A program made the translations under genes and the position numbers. Shown in pieces: positions 20,283-30,571 of a stretch of DNA of 64,000 nt. The stretch comes from a virus. Every line of letters starts with the position of its first letter. The stretch's first letter is position 1. The stretch spans positions 1-64,000 of IMG/VR virus record IMGVR_UViG_3300030012_002072; one strand, 5' to 3'. The notes under the pieces are model-generated. The model did no database searches. It saw nothing but the letters and a program-made list of their open reading frames with translations, and was not told the origin of the DNA.

Positions 20283-21204
20283 TAAAAACTCCCATAATAT
20301 TTCTTATCTTGTTATCGTCAAGAGATAATATTTCTTTTAGGTACACACCTAACTCATCAGAAATAGTCATATCTCCATGTAAGTCTAAAGTTGCTTCAAC
20401 CTCTCGTTTTACAACTTTTTTATCAAGTAAATCAGAGTTTTTAACTTTTGCCAAATCTTGCACATCTCCTTCTAATTCGTATATAGTATGGTGAAAGTCT
20501 GTTTGCACCATTTCAGCTGGGTCTTCCACAGTCTTACGAATAAGTTGTGGTAAGTCAAACTGATGCCATGTCCAATCAAAGTTATCATCAATAATTAGAT
20601 ACCCCGTTTGGACTTGGTTTCTATGAAAAGATGTTGTCATTGGGCTTCCTGGGTACACAATATTTCGTTGAGTATTCTCGTGAGCATGTAAGTCTCCAGC
20701 AAAAACCGTTTTGAACTTGTCAAATCTCTGTAATTCTACTTCTGGTATAACATGAGGTGGTATCTCTCCACGCACATGAGTAAATAAGATATCTGCTTCA
20801 ATATCTTCTATGTGATTCTTTTTATGCAAGTCTGCGTAGGGAAGAATCGCCCAGTTATCCTCATAGTAAGTTTCTGTTATTACTTCTACTAGAGGGTTAA
20901 TATCTTTTGTGGCACGAATTAAATTACTAAAGAATGTATAATTCTTCTTAGTTGCTTCGTGATTTCCGTCATAGATAATTGTTCTTACTTTTTGTTTTGC
21001 TACAAAATCAAAATATAAAGTAAGTTCATCCATTGAAGGGACTCGGTCAAACAAGTCCCCTCCAATGATATGTAGAGTTACTTCGTGTTCATCTATAGCT
21101 TCTTGCACTTGTTCAAAGAACATCTGATATCTAGTACATGCCCAAGGGACAGGTACATTCTTTTGTCCTAATTTAATATGCCAATCTGCTGTAAATAAAA
21201 TCAT
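20251..21204 (-). CDS. SbcD/Mre11-like nuclease (T5 D12-like)
   Basis: ADWH, GGDLFD, GNHE, GDLH, YPGSP; start taken as MILFTAD. Confidence 0.92.
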   Translation of the reverse strand: MILFTADWHIKLGQKNVPVPWACTRYQMFFEQVQEAIDEHEVTLHIIGGDLFDRVPSMDELTLYFDFVAKQKVRTIIYDGNHEATKKNYTFFSNLIRATKDINPLVEVITETYYEDNWAILPYADLHKKNHIEDIEADILFTHVRGEIPPHVIPEVELQRFDKFKTVFAGDLHAHENTQRNIVYPGSPMTTSFHRNQVQTGYLIIDDNFDWTWHQFDLPQLIRKTVEDPAEMVQTDFHHTIYELEGDVQDLAKVKNSDLLDKKVVKREVEATLDLHGDMTISDELGVYLKEILSLDDNKIRNIMGVFNDYSTKTEVG

Positions 21205-21707
21205 GCTACGAAGTCTTCTCCTGGTTGCCATTCGCAACCTGTTAGTCCACCTGCTTTGAGTGCCTGTAAAGTTCTAAGAACTTCACTTGCATTTCTGCCT
21301 GTGTCTAGTGCATTAACTGATACATGTTGAACAATGTTATCCATATCAACTATGTAAGTTGCTCTGTAACAAACTCCCTCATTCTCATTAACTATCTCTA
21401 GTTCTTCAGATAAAGAAAGTCCGCAATCAGCTGCAAGAGTATGGTTGATGTTTTGGATAATATCATTACTTTGTTTCCAAGCAAGTTTACAAAATTCATT
21501 GTCTCCGCTGAATCCACAAACATCTGCTTCAGATACTAACATATCCATTCCTGCGATTTCTGTTGGGCAGATAAAAGTAAAATCTTTTGGGTAGAAGTAA
21601 AATACTTTCCACTTTCTAAAATCATCTCTTGATACTGTGCCCATATTATTATCACAGTCTACACCTTGCAATTCAAAGTAAGGAAACTCTTCTCCTACTC
21701 CAATCAT
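21201..21707 (-). CDS. ahpC: 2-Cys peroxiredoxin
   Basis: FYPKDFTFICPTE; GRNASEVLR. Confidence 0.9.
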   Translation of the reverse strand: MIGVGEEFPYFELQGVDCDNNMGTVSRDDFRKWKVFYFYPKDFTFICPTEIAGMDMLVSEADVCGFSGDNEFCKLAWKQSNDIIQNINHTLAADCGLSLSEELEIVNENEGVCYRATYIVDMDNIVQHVSVNALDTGRNASEVLRTLQALKAGGLTGCEWQPGEDFVA

Positions 21708-22336
21708 GATACATCAAACTCCTCTGAAACTTCCTCAGAAGGTTCATCGCCTTGATTGTTAATTCTTCTCAATAACTCTAGCTGTGCGTCAGCTGTTGGT
21801 CTTGGAAGAACATCATCCATAGACTTTAGATTTGCAACTAAGTCTTTTTCCCAATCTTCAAGTTCTCTTGGTTTGCACTTAAGAACTTGTAATTGATATT
21901 CGACATTAAACACCTGTGGGCCAGTCTTCTTTCTTTTGAAATGGATGTCATATCCTGTGACTGGGTCAGTTGGGTCTCCCAACTCTTCCATGGCGACTAT
22001 AACTTGGTCGAATAATTTTCTTTTTAGATTAAGAACTTTTACAGATTTATCAGCGTAGTCTATGCACTGAACGGCATAAGACCATCCGCATTTTAAGTCT
22101 GGGTAAAAGTCTCGAACATGGTCATGTTCTTTGTTGTTAAAGGTTTCAGAATTTCTGTCAAAAGACAAACACTCCATAGGAATGTTTTTATTATTCTCAC
22201 CTTTTATCCAATACACATATCTAGGTAATAAATCACCAACAAGTCTTACATGATGGTCTTCTTTACCTGCATAGTTATAAGTATCGATTTTATCTTTTTG
22301 GGCTGAGCCCTTGGTTTGGTTGAATCCAATTGCCAT
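21704..22336 (-). CDS. ssDNA-binding protein (T5 D11-like)
   Basis: LPRYVYW, DPTDPVTGYDI, acidic tail; synteny. Confidence 0.8.
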   Translation of the reverse strand: MAIGFNQTKGSAQKDKIDTYNYAGKEDHHVRLVGDLLPRYVYWIKGENNKNIPMECLSFDRNSETFNNKEHDHVRDFYPDLKCGWSYAVQCIDYADKSVKVLNLKRKLFDQVIVAMEELGDPTDPVTGYDIHFKRKKTGPQVFNVEYQLQVLKCKPRELEDWEKDLVANLKSMDDVLPRPTADAQLELLRRINNQGDEPSEEVSEEFDVS

Positions 22337-22338
22337 TT

Positions 22339-22734
22339 TTATTTCTCCTGTTGTGTCTCCTCGAACATAAAGTGAATCCGACCTTCCTTAATATCGAGCA
22401 GTCTGTTTGCTTTTATTATGTCTATCGAAATTGGACATTCCAATAGGTCTAATGTGGTGTCTTTACTATTAACATAGTTGTGATAATTACGAAATGATGC
22501 GACACCTGCATATTCCGCAACTTCCTTATCACTATATGACCGACCAATTTCCATCAAATCTTTCGGATTCTTCAGATATGATTTCCCACCAAAACGATAC
22601 TTATAAAATTTAAAAGTCTTATCGTAATAGTTTTTCGGTTGGATTTTGTATGTAATAATTCTAAGGATTGTGATTATATCACCAACATTCCCTTTGCTTA
22701 TTTTTACAATTTTATCCCAGTTATATAGTAACAT
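22339..22734 (-). CDS. Conserved T5-like hypothetical protein between D10 and D11
   Basis: EYAGVASFRNY motif; synteny. Confidence 0.6.
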   Translation of the reverse strand: MLLYNWDKIVKISKGNVGDIITILRIITYKIQPKNYYDKTFKFYKYRFGGKSYLKNPKDLMEIGRSYSDKEVAEYAGVASFRNYHNYVNSKDTTLDLLECPISIDIIKANRLLDIKEGRIHFMFEETQQEK

Positions 22735-22736
22735 AT

Positions 22737-22775
22737 ATTATATCAAATATTTGAGTTCGTGTCAAGAACTATTTT
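22737..22775 (-). promoter_or_regulatory. Sigma70 promoter
   Basis: AAAATAGTTC-TTGACA (22765-22760), 17 bp, TATAAT (22742-22737). Confidence 0.85.
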
Positions 22776-23665
22776 TCTGAGCTATCATCTTCACTCTTCT
22801 TTTGGATTTTTTCTGCGTGGGCAGGGTCAATCGTAGCATGAACACCCATGAACGCCATGTCAATCATCTTACCTTCAAAAGTGTAACCACCAGAGTGTAA
22901 GAGTTCAATCATAGGTAATGCCCATATGTCAATACCTATCTTCCTACAGTATTCTGAGAACATGTAATCCTCACTTAAATATCTGTTTTGGTCGTTTATT
23001 ATACAATCAAAGAAAGCATGAATCGTTTCTCCTGCTTTAAACTCTCCTTCTCTAACATGGTCAGGAGTATATTCTAGTTCAGGATATGCTTCTGCATATT
23101 CTTCAAACACTTTTCTTTCAATCATCATAAACCCTGTTGCTCCCTCTTTGATTTTTACTGGTTCAAATATAGGTGCTTGACCATCTGGGTATGCTTCAGG
23201 TAATGGATTGAATACCATATCTCCTGCAACCTTAGATAGTAAAGTCGGGTCATTTTCTATGTGTTCATGTCCTTGTTTTGCAACATGAAGCACTTTTTCC
23301 CAAGCGATTGTTTTCTTTGGGTATAGTCCACACATTATTCTTATGTCATCTCTTTCAGCAACATTGTGCATCATAAACATCAAATCCATAGCTTTCCAAG
23401 CTATATCACTATCAATAAACATCAAGTGAGTAGCGTCAGATTTGAGAAAGTTTGCAACACAATAGTTTCTTGCTCTAGTAATCAAAGATTCATTAAACAA
23501 ATAATAAATTTGTGACTGAATACCATGATTCATTAGCACTGCTGTAGTATCCATAAGGGACTTGGTGTATAAACCGTGACACATACCACCATACATAGGT
23601 GTAGCTATAAATAACTTCATCTTTTGCATTTCAGGTATATTTAGTTGTATTTGTTTACTTTTCAT
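22769..23665 (-). CDS. GT-A fold glycosyltransferase-like protein
   Basis: IATPMYGG, ESLITRARN, FIDSDI, LSEDYMF. Confidence 0.7.
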   Translation of the reverse strand: MKSKQIQLNIPEMQKMKLFIATPMYGGMCHGLYTKSLMDTTAVLMNHGIQSQIYYLFNESLITRARNYCVANFLKSDATHLMFIDSDIAWKAMDLMFMMHNVAERDDIRIMCGLYPKKTIAWEKVLHVAKQGHEHIENDPTLLSKVAGDMVFNPLPEAYPDGQAPIFEPVKIKEGATGFMMIERKVFEEYAEAYPELEYTPDHVREGEFKAGETIHAFFDCIINDQNRYLSEDYMFSEYCRKIGIDIWALPMIELLHSGGYTFEGKMIDMAFMGVHATIDPAHAEKIQKKSEDDSSEK

Positions 23666-24945
23666 TATAGTATATTTACCTCGTATCCTTGTTTCATGTA
23701 GTAGCCCATTCTAGCACTTGCTTGTCGGGCTGCTGTTTTACCTTTCAGATGTATGTCTACAACTACTGGTTGTTTCTTTCCATCTACCTTTCTTATTATT
23801 CTACCAATTAACTGTGTAAGCAATGGGTCATTGTTTACAGGTGTGCCTAATACTAGACAACTTAGTTCATTGATAGAAATACCTTCCGAGAATATAGACT
23901 GTGTTCCAAATAAAATCTTTTTCTCATTTTTTATTTTTTGCATAGTTCTTTCTCTTTCAGCAAAATCCATATCCCCTGTTATAGAAACTGCACTATCTCC
24001 TACTAGAGCAGCGCAACTTTTTAAAAACTTTACTCGGTCTGATACAACAAGAACTTTATGTCCTTCTGCAGCATAACGAGCAGCGGTCATTGCTACCCCA
24101 TGCACATACTCTGCATCCATCGTTAAGTGATTTATGCGTTCTGCCCAAGGAGTATAACTACCATCCAAGAATCTAATCTCTGACTTGAGAATGTCTACTT
24201 TTGGAGTAAGGTAGTTTTCTTTTGGCGGCTTCATTACATTGTTACCAAAATAATCTCTGAAAACAACATGTCTTCCGTCTTTTCTTTCAAGAGTTCCAGT
24301 AAGTCCTATCTTATAACGGGTCGGCATTTCATCCACAATCCTGGTAAAGGTTGGACTGCTGACATGGTGCATCTCGTCAAGTATAAGAGTCCCGAACTCC
24401 TTTTTTATATCGTCCATACGACGGTATAAAGTCTGAATATTCCCGCAGACGATAGGAGCATCAATATTGAACATTCCGCTACCTACTCTCCCTGCTGTAT
24501 ATCCAAAGCATTTTTTCACCTCTTTTTCCCACTGATTTCGTAGGTTAGTCGTGTGAGTAACTACAAGTGTCTTTTGACCAAGCTTCGCTGCGATAGCTAA
24601 ACCTGTAAAAGTCTTTCCCCAACTTACCCAAGCGTTAATTATAGCGTTGTCCTGCACTTCGTCATAGACAATCTTTTGGCTTGGTCGTAAATCAAACTTA
24701 AAGTCAGGATGTTCAATTTCATTTACCACTCGTTTATCTACTATCTCGTAGTCTGATGGGATTAAATCTTCTCTACCCATTGGTATGGAAACTAAACCTT
24801 CTCTAACAAATCTAAATGTTTTAAACACGATAGGAGGGTCACTCGGTATTCGTGGAGCAATAGTATAAGTCAGTTCTCTTTCCAATTGATTAGTTTGTTC
24901 TTTATTAACGGAAAGATATATTCTATTACTTAGTACTGCTTTCAT
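23665..24945 (-). CDS. SF2 helicase (T5 D10-like)
   Basis: WGKT, DEMH, LTGT, QLIGRIIR. Confidence 0.9.
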   Translation of the reverse strand: MKAVLSNRIYLSVNKEQTNQLERELTYTIAPRIPSDPPIVFKTFRFVREGLVSIPMGREDLIPSDYEIVDKRVVNEIEHPDFKFDLRPSQKIVYDEVQDNAIINAWVSWGKTFTGLAIAAKLGQKTLVVTHTTNLRNQWEKEVKKCFGYTAGRVGSGMFNIDAPIVCGNIQTLYRRMDDIKKEFGTLILDEMHHVSSPTFTRIVDEMPTRYKIGLTGTLERKDGRHVVFRDYFGNNVMKPPKENYLTPKVDILKSEIRFLDGSYTPWAERINHLTMDAEYVHGVAMTAARYAAEGHKVLVVSDRVKFLKSCAALVGDSAVSITGDMDFAERERTMQKIKNEKKILFGTQSIFSEGISINELSCLVLGTPVNNDPLLTQLIGRIIRKVDGKKQPVVVDIHLKGKTAARQASARMGYYMKQGYEVNIL

Positions 24946-25327
24946 TTATTTTATTTCTTAGATTCGTACTTGAAAAAGAATGGTTTCTACTTGTATAGTA
25001 GATTTCATGTAATCCTTTCCCAGTAAAATGTTTTTCTGACCAATCCTCTCCTACAAATCGTATATGGATTGGTGTTGCCTCTAGTAAATCTAGTAGACTT
25101 TGTTCTGTGTCGTAAGGTATGATTTCATCTATATACTTTACTGCTTGTAACTGCATATATCTTTCATATACAGTTTGAATTGGTTGATTCTTTTCTTGTC
25201 TATCAATGCTTGGGTCTGTTTGTAATCCTACTATTAAGTAGTCGCACTCACTCTTTGCCTCTTTTAGCATTACAATATGTCCTGCATGGAGTAAATCAAA
25301 TGCTCCACAAGTAAAACCTATCCTCAT
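24926..25327 (-). CDS. Cytidylyltransferase (TagD-like)
   Basis: GAFDLLHAGH; FSST. Confidence 0.85.
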   Translation of the reverse strand: MRIGFTCGAFDLLHAGHIVMLKEAKSECDYLIVGLQTDPSIDRQEKNQPIQTVYERYMQLQAVKYIDEIIPYDTEQSLLDLLEATPIHIRFVGEDWSEKHFTGKGLHEIYYTSRNHSFSSTNLRNKINESSTK

Positions 25328-26832
25328 GTTAGTTCTTTCATGTACTGCCAATCTCTATTCCTCCATTCTATTGCTAAAGTTTTATGGTTGTTATCCCACG
25401 GACTACTCCAACCAGTTTTTCTTTTTCTGTCTTTTATGTGGTCAGGAATCATATCGCCCATTACTTCTCTTAGTAAGTATTTATATGTGCCTGTATCCCA
25501 ACCAAACTTTTGTGTAAATTTTGTCATACCATCAAACTCATAACAGTAACGCACAAAGTTTTGACCTAAATATACAGGTCTACTTTCCATGCCGAACATA
25601 CCACAAGTTTGGTCTGTTGCTAGTATATTTTGCTCTGAAGTTATCAATAAATCTGATAATAACATATTGTTCCATTTATCTGTATCTGACCACTCTATAT
25701 TTGGCCACCAGTTCCAAGTTTTATACCATTCTAACTTTTCTTCACAATAGTTTTCTATCCAAAACTTATGGTGGTGCATATATCCTGAAAATAGTTCATC
25801 TGCGCTATCTCCTGTAAGTATCACTTTACAACCATCTTTTGCTGCTTGTTCGCATAAAAAGTATCTTGGTACTCGTCTATTTCTATCTGACCAAGGAAAT
25901 CTAGCATTATTTAGCCATCTTCTATCATAATCATAAATTTTATCTTGTTGTAATACTACTATTTTATGTTTTACACCCCATTGTTTACAGGTTTCTGCAG
26001 CTAATCTAGCTTCGTGTCTAAAAGTATTATGATTATGATACAGTCCACTACTATTATCATATGCACAGATATAAACAGTTAAATCTAAATCCATGTCTTT
26101 TACTACTGAAAGAGCAAATGTACTGTCAAAACCTCCGCTTAGAAATAATCCTGTCTTTTGTCTACTAGTCGCTATCTTTTGTATATTAGCTATTAGTCTT
26201 GCCCTAAAATCTGCTTTACTAAAAGGATTACTTCTTACTTTAAAACTGTTCCAGAGATTCTTATATATAATTTTGTTTTTATTAAAATCAAATATTACAT
26301 ACTCTCCTGGAGCAACTTTTACTACATCTTTATAAGGACTTTCATTACCCTGTAGTAAAGCATTAACAATAAATCCTTTCTTATTTGCACGATTCTCTTT
26401 CATATCGCTTAAACTTCTCAAACTTGTTGTTACTGTTACATGCTTACCTTTTTTATGTATCCACAAAGGTTTTGCTCCAAAATGGTCTCTACATACAATT
26501 AGTTTATTCTTCTCAGGTTGATACCATGCTAAACTACCATGCCAATCATTCCATTCTAGAAACTTGAATCCATAGTGTTCTAAGCCATCTGCTAAGTATT
26601 TTGTATCATTCTGTATGTTTGTATCATACATTTCTCCATTAAATACTAAATAATTATTCTTTTTTGTTTTATACGGTTGTAATTGTTTCTTGCCACTAAT
26701 ATCTAGCAAACCGTGTGCCATAGCTATCTTATCATTTTTCCACATAGCCATACCATCAGGCGCACGAAATCTTTGTCGCTCCATCATTTTGCCACAATTT
26801 TCAATGTCAGTTGTAACTACAAATCCGCACAT
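25324..26832 (-). CDS. Asparagine synthase-like glutamine amidotransferase
   Basis: MCG start, FNGE, RDHFGAKPL, LSGGFDS, TGDSADELF. Confidence 0.9.
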   Translation of the reverse strand: MCGFVVTTDIENCGKMMERQRFRAPDGMAMWKNDKIAMAHGLLDISGKKQLQPYKTKKNNYLVFNGEMYDTNIQNDTKYLADGLEHYGFKFLEWNDWHGSLAWYQPEKNKLIVCRDHFGAKPLWIHKKGKHVTVTTSLRSLSDMKENRANKKGFIVNALLQGNESPYKDVVKVAPGEYVIFDFNKNKIIYKNLWNSFKVRSNPFSKADFRARLIANIQKIATSRQKTGLFLSGGFDSTFALSVVKDMDLDLTVYICAYDNSSGLYHNHNTFRHEARLAAETCKQWGVKHKIVVLQQDKIYDYDRRWLNNARFPWSDRNRRVPRYFLCEQAAKDGCKVILTGDSADELFSGYMHHHKFWIENYCEEKLEWYKTWNWWPNIEWSDTDKWNNMLLSDLLITSEQNILATDQTCGMFGMESRPVYLGQNFVRYCYEFDGMTKFTQKFGWDTGTYKYLLREVMGDMIPDHIKDRKRKTGWSSPWDNNHKTLAIEWRNRDWQYMKELT

Positions 26833-27074
26833 TATTCTACTACTTTAAATTCTAGTATTGTATCAACTTGTAAATCTTCCCACTTCTGAAACTCCACATC
26901 ATAACATATAAGTTTATCTCCGTTTTGTTTTTTAATATGTTTTGGAATACTCATGTATTTCTCACATAAAGTATACTCTCTATCATACACTCTCCTAGAT
27001 TTGAGACTTTCAAATTTAATTAATACTATATTTGTTTCTAACTTTTGTTTAAGTTTTTCGATATCCATATCCAT
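26832..27074 (-). CDS. Hypothetical protein (SH3/WYL-like)
   Basis: CYDVEFQKWEDL; coupled ORF. Confidence 0.5.
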   Translation of the reverse strand: MDMDIEKLKQKLETNIVLIKFESLKSRRVYDREYTLCEKYMSIPKHIKKQNGDKLICYDVEFQKWEDLQVDTILEFKVVE

Positions 27075-27244
27075 GCCTTTTCATGACCCATATATGCAAA
27101 CAATTTTGCTACCATATCTAGCCATGCTATGCCTGCGGCATACTCTACTTTACCAAGTATTGCCCAAGCGATTAAAAATGTTATTGTTGTTGCAATAAAT
27201 CTCCAAGTTATTGCTTTGTAAATTATTGTAAAGTTTTCTGTCAC
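27038..27244 (-). CDS. DUF2061-like membrane protein
   Basis: KAITWR...K..AY..HEKAW. Confidence 0.7.
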   Translation of the reverse strand: MTENFTIIYKAITWRFIATTITFLIAWAILGKVEYAAGIAWLDMVAKLFAYMGHEKAWIWISKNLNKS

Positions 27245-27495
27245 CTTCTTTTTTTCATCCTTTTCTTCATTTTCTTTTCTCTTGCTACCCTTTTATTCTC
27301 TACTATATCTAAGTCAACTAATCCTGCCTCACATAACAGATTCATCATGGCGAGTACATCTCCAACTTCTTCTGATAAAAGTTTTCTATCTCTTTTCTTA
27401 TTTCGATGTCTATATACTTTAGAGCATGCTTGTACTAACTCGCCGCACTCTTCCATAGTGACTATTAATAAAAACGGACTTATATTTTTCGCCAT
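27241..27495 (-). CDS. MazG-like NTP pyrophosphohydrolase
   Basis: EECGEL...EEVGDV. Confidence 0.75.
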   Translation of the reverse strand: MAKNISPFLLIVTMEECGELVQACSKVYRHRNKKRDRKLLSEEVGDVLAMMNLLCEAGLVDLDIVENKRVAREKKMKKRMKKRR

Positions 27496-27950
27496 GTATC
27501 TTTTTTCTTTTCTTCACAGTATTCCCATATTTTCCAAGGAATACCTTTTTGATATAATACACCTGCCCAAGTGTTGCCTTCTGCTGGAGGTCTAGCCTCT
27601 ACAAAAGGAAATGGCACATCTTTTAGCCATACAACTGCGGCAACTTCTTTCTTTTCTACTTTCCTTATCTTATGATATTTTAAAGGTGTAGTCTTTGTTT
27701 TTTCATCATACCAATATATACCATTGGTATCTATAAAATGTTTTCCCCTGTGTTTCATCATACCCACTTCATCATCTACTTGATATCTGAGAGGGTATAT
27801 ACTTTTCATTGGTGTTTGTAATCTTCTCATTCCAATAGTTTTTCCTGTCATATTCCTATCATCTACTACTTGGTCACCTATTAACACCAAGCCATCTATT
27901 TCTTCTGGCTCTTCTGATAGTACATATATTGGAAACTCAATCTTTTTCAT
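27480..27950 (-). CDS. Conserved T5-like hypothetical protein
   Basis: VDDRNMTGKTIGMRRL; position between PolA and D10. Confidence 0.6.
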   Translation of the reverse strand: MKKIEFPIYVLSEEPEEIDGLVLIGDQVVDDRNMTGKTIGMRRLQTPMKSIYPLRYQVDDEVGMMKHRGKHFIDTNGIYWYDEKTKTTPLKYHKIRKVEKKEVAAVVWLKDVPFPFVEARPPAEGNTWAGVLYQKGIPWKIWEYCEEKKKDTWRKI

Positions 27951-28425
27951 AACCCATAAACTTTTTAGCAAAATTACCTGCTAGTTCTTCGTAAGAAGTA
28001 TCAAAACAAGATAATTTAAATAATACTCTTTCTGATTCTATCCCTGTAACTCTATGTTCTTTAGTTGTATCTACTATCGCAGTATCATAATAATATGATT
28101 TATCTCTAAACTCTAACTTATCTTTGCCATGTAATTTCCACATGACTGCTGATTTTGTTCCCTTATCAGTATGCCAGTCTAACTTAGTAAAAGGTTGTAA
28201 GAATATAAACTTAAAATTATATCTTCCTCTTGGATTAAATATATTTCTAACTTCATTAAGCACTTCATCTTCCCAAGGTGCATAGTGATATCCTTCTACT
28301 AATTGTTTTTTGTAGTAAAATAACTTTCTTGGTAAAGTATAAGCTACTTTTTCAAGATATTCATAGTCTAAATCATACTTAATATGTAATAGATTATTTG
28401 GAATCTTCTCTAATCTTCGTGGCAC
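27937..28425 (-). CDS. Fe(II)/2OG-type or cupin oxygenase-like protein
   Basis: WHTD and EHRV metal-ligand pattern. Confidence 0.55.
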   Translation of the reverse strand: MPRRLEKIPNNLLHIKYDLDYEYLEKVAYTLPRKLFYYKKQLVEGYHYAPWEDEVLNEVRNIFNPRGRYNFKFIFLQPFTKLDWHTDKGTKSAVMWKLHGKDKLEFRDKSYYYDTAIVDTTKEHRVTGIESERVLFKLSCFDTSYEELAGNFAKKFMGYEKD

Positions 28426-29155
28426 TGATATCCTCTATTTCTTTGTCAAAATGTTCTTGTTCTATCGTATATCCAACTTTTCTACCATATGTAATATTTA
28501 CTATATTTGGCACTATAGATATAGATACTATACCAGCTAAATGTGCTAGTTTGTTTTTTAAATTGTTTTCAACTTCATGCACACTAAAGGGATTATTGTC
28601 ACCCCAGGGCATTGTTCTTATCATAATGTCTACTTGTGGAGCTTTCTCTAAACACCTATCTAGTAACGCTTGGTGTCCGTCATGCCATGGTTGCCATCTA
28701 CCTAGCATTTGTACTGTAGGCATATCATCTTGCCATATATGTCTACCTATGCTCCAACATACATCAACAGGGTCATCATCATCCCACTCATGTATATCGA
28801 AATCATACTCACTCCAATGAGGCCATTCAAATACTTTGTTAGTATCTTCATACTTACTATTTACTACTGTAGACATAAAAATAGTCAGGTCAGCATCAAA
28901 CTGCTCTCTACCTGACTTGTATGGGCAGATAAAATCTACCAAAGCAATTTTACCGTTATTTTCGGCTTCCTCTGCTTTATTTACCATTCTTCTATACTGT
29001 CTCCAACGACCTTGTTCTGAGAAATCCCAGTCGTCAGCTTCTTTTCTTACTTCATCCGCGTTGATATGGGCTACTCTATCTCCCATTATCTTAACTATGT
29101 TTTTACATAGTGTAGTTTTGCCAGCTCCAGACTGACCAAATATTAAAACTTTCAC
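28394..29155 (-). CDS. Adenylylsulfate kinase-like domain fused to HxGH nucleotidyltransferase domain
   Basis: GQSGAGKTT, NADEVR, DFICP; then GRWQPWHDGH...ISATKIR. Confidence 0.8.
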   Translation of the reverse strand: MKVLIFGQSGAGKTTLCKNIVKIMGDRVAHINADEVRKEADDWDFSEQGRWRQYRRMVNKAEEAENNGKIALVDFICPYKSGREQFDADLTIFMSTVVNSKYEDTNKVFEWPHWSEYDFDIHEWDDDDPVDVCWSIGRHIWQDDMPTVQMLGRWQPWHDGHQALLDRCLEKAPQVDIMIRTMPWGDNNPFSVHEVENNLKNKLAHLAGIVSISIVPNIVNITYGRKVGYTIEQEHFDKEIEDISATKIREDSK

Positions 29156-29907
29156 TTTAATAAATCCTCGTAATTCTTTCCTATTTTTACTTTTAACATA
29201 GCTCTTTCTGCTATGTGTACTGCTGACCTATACTCAACACACTTCTTACACACTTTACATGGCACCCATCTTTTATCTTCTTTTACTTGACTAGGGTTCA
29301 TGCAAGTCCATGCATAATCTACAAGAGTAGGATGTTGTCTTTTTATAAAAGAATATATCTCCGACTTTGTATTATGCTCAAATGGAAATAACATAAGTGG
29401 TGTTCTTAGTTTCTTTTCCCAAGATAATCCATGTATTTCCCACTCGGTATTTCTAATCATTTCTATACTTCTTTGGACATTCTTTAACATTCCTCTTTGT
29501 TGTCCACTATCTTCTGTATTTGTTCCAAATATTACTGCATTTATAGCCCATTGAGGATTGCCTGCAATTATTTTTGCTACATTATCTACACAAATAAATC
29601 CTGGTGGTATATTAATATACTTCATAGGTATAGTTTCAGTACTTAATATAAAAGGAACTTTAAAATGGTCTGCACTCTTTCTAGCTGCAAGAACTAAATT
29701 ATGAGTTCCTGGTACATCTGCCACTACATAAGTCCATACTATAGGTTTTCTACCTGTATCTATAGCCCATGCTAAAGCTGCCATGCTTTCTATCCCACCA
29801 CCATGTGGAATAACACAATCTACACCATCAAAAGTGGCTTCTCCTTCTTTACTGTTTCTATCTTTGAAATCTATGTAAGTCTTAGGCTCCATAGTAAAAT
29901 TCCTCAA
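29152..29907 (-). CDS. QueC-like PP-loop protein
   Basis: HGGGIES; TKSEI; WTC...CKVCKKC Zn motif. Confidence 0.65.
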   Translation of the reverse strand: MRNFTMEPKTYIDFKDRNSKEGEATFDGVDCVIPHGGGIESMAALAWAIDTGRKPIVWTYVVADVPGTHNLVLAARKSADHFKVPFILSTETIPMKYINIPPGFICVDNVAKIIAGNPQWAINAVIFGTNTEDSGQQRGMLKNVQRSIEMIRNTEWEIHGLSWEKKLRTPLMLFPFEHNTKSEIYSFIKRQHPTLVDYAWTCMNPSQVKEDKRWVPCKVCKKCVEYRSAVHIAERAMLKVKIGKNYEDLLK

Positions 29908-30571
29908 AATCTCTCTTGTAATAATCGTATATTAACTTTCTATTCTCGTCTGTCCACTCATGAGTAGGTTGAAACTTATTTTTACTAACATTCCATTTAT
30001 CGTTTTCAAATCCCTCTAGTCCTATTTCTTTAAATATGGTAAGATTCTCTAGTTTATGTATTTCTACCTCAGGTAATCTTACAAAAGTCCATTGAGGTTT
30101 CATAACAATACTAGGGTCAAAAGAAGGCTTCATAATATGTAATTCATATAGCGCATCCATATCATCTATACAATTATGCCATTTGCCCTCTCTCATGCTT
30201 TCTATGGCACGAGGCACCCAATCTTTGAAGGGTGTCTTTACTAAAACAAGGTCAGATAGATGACTCCATGCACTACGAAAACGAGTATATGGATGTCTAA
30301 CTTGTGCAACAAATTTCCAATCATTACCATACTGTAAAGCATACTGGTCATATGTAGCATGTAAGTTTGTCACATACATATAATGTTTACTATGACTTCT
30401 ATATCCTCTTATACAAGCAGTAGCAAACCCTTGACTCCAAGTTTGACTTGCAAATTTATATTCTGATACACCATGTTGTCTTGCATATTGATTGACAATA
30501 GATGTACCTCCACATTTTGGTATGTGAATAAATACTGTTTTATGTTTATGCAATATCATAGAGCTTTCCAA
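29882..30571 (-). CDS. Sulfotransferase
   Basis: FIHIPKCGGTS; VRHPYTRFRSAW; YKRDFEEF. Confidence 0.85.
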   Translation of the reverse strand: MESSMILHKHKTVFIHIPKCGGTSIVNQYARQHGVSEYKFASQTWSQGFATACIRGYRSHSKHYMYVTNLHATYDQYALQYGNDWKFVAQVRHPYTRFRSAWSHLSDLVLVKTPFKDWVPRAIESMREGKWHNCIDDMDALYELHIMKPSFDPSIVMKPQWTFVRLPEVEIHKLENLTIFKEIGLEGFENDKWNVSKNKFQPTHEWTDENRKLIYDYYKRDFEEFYYGA

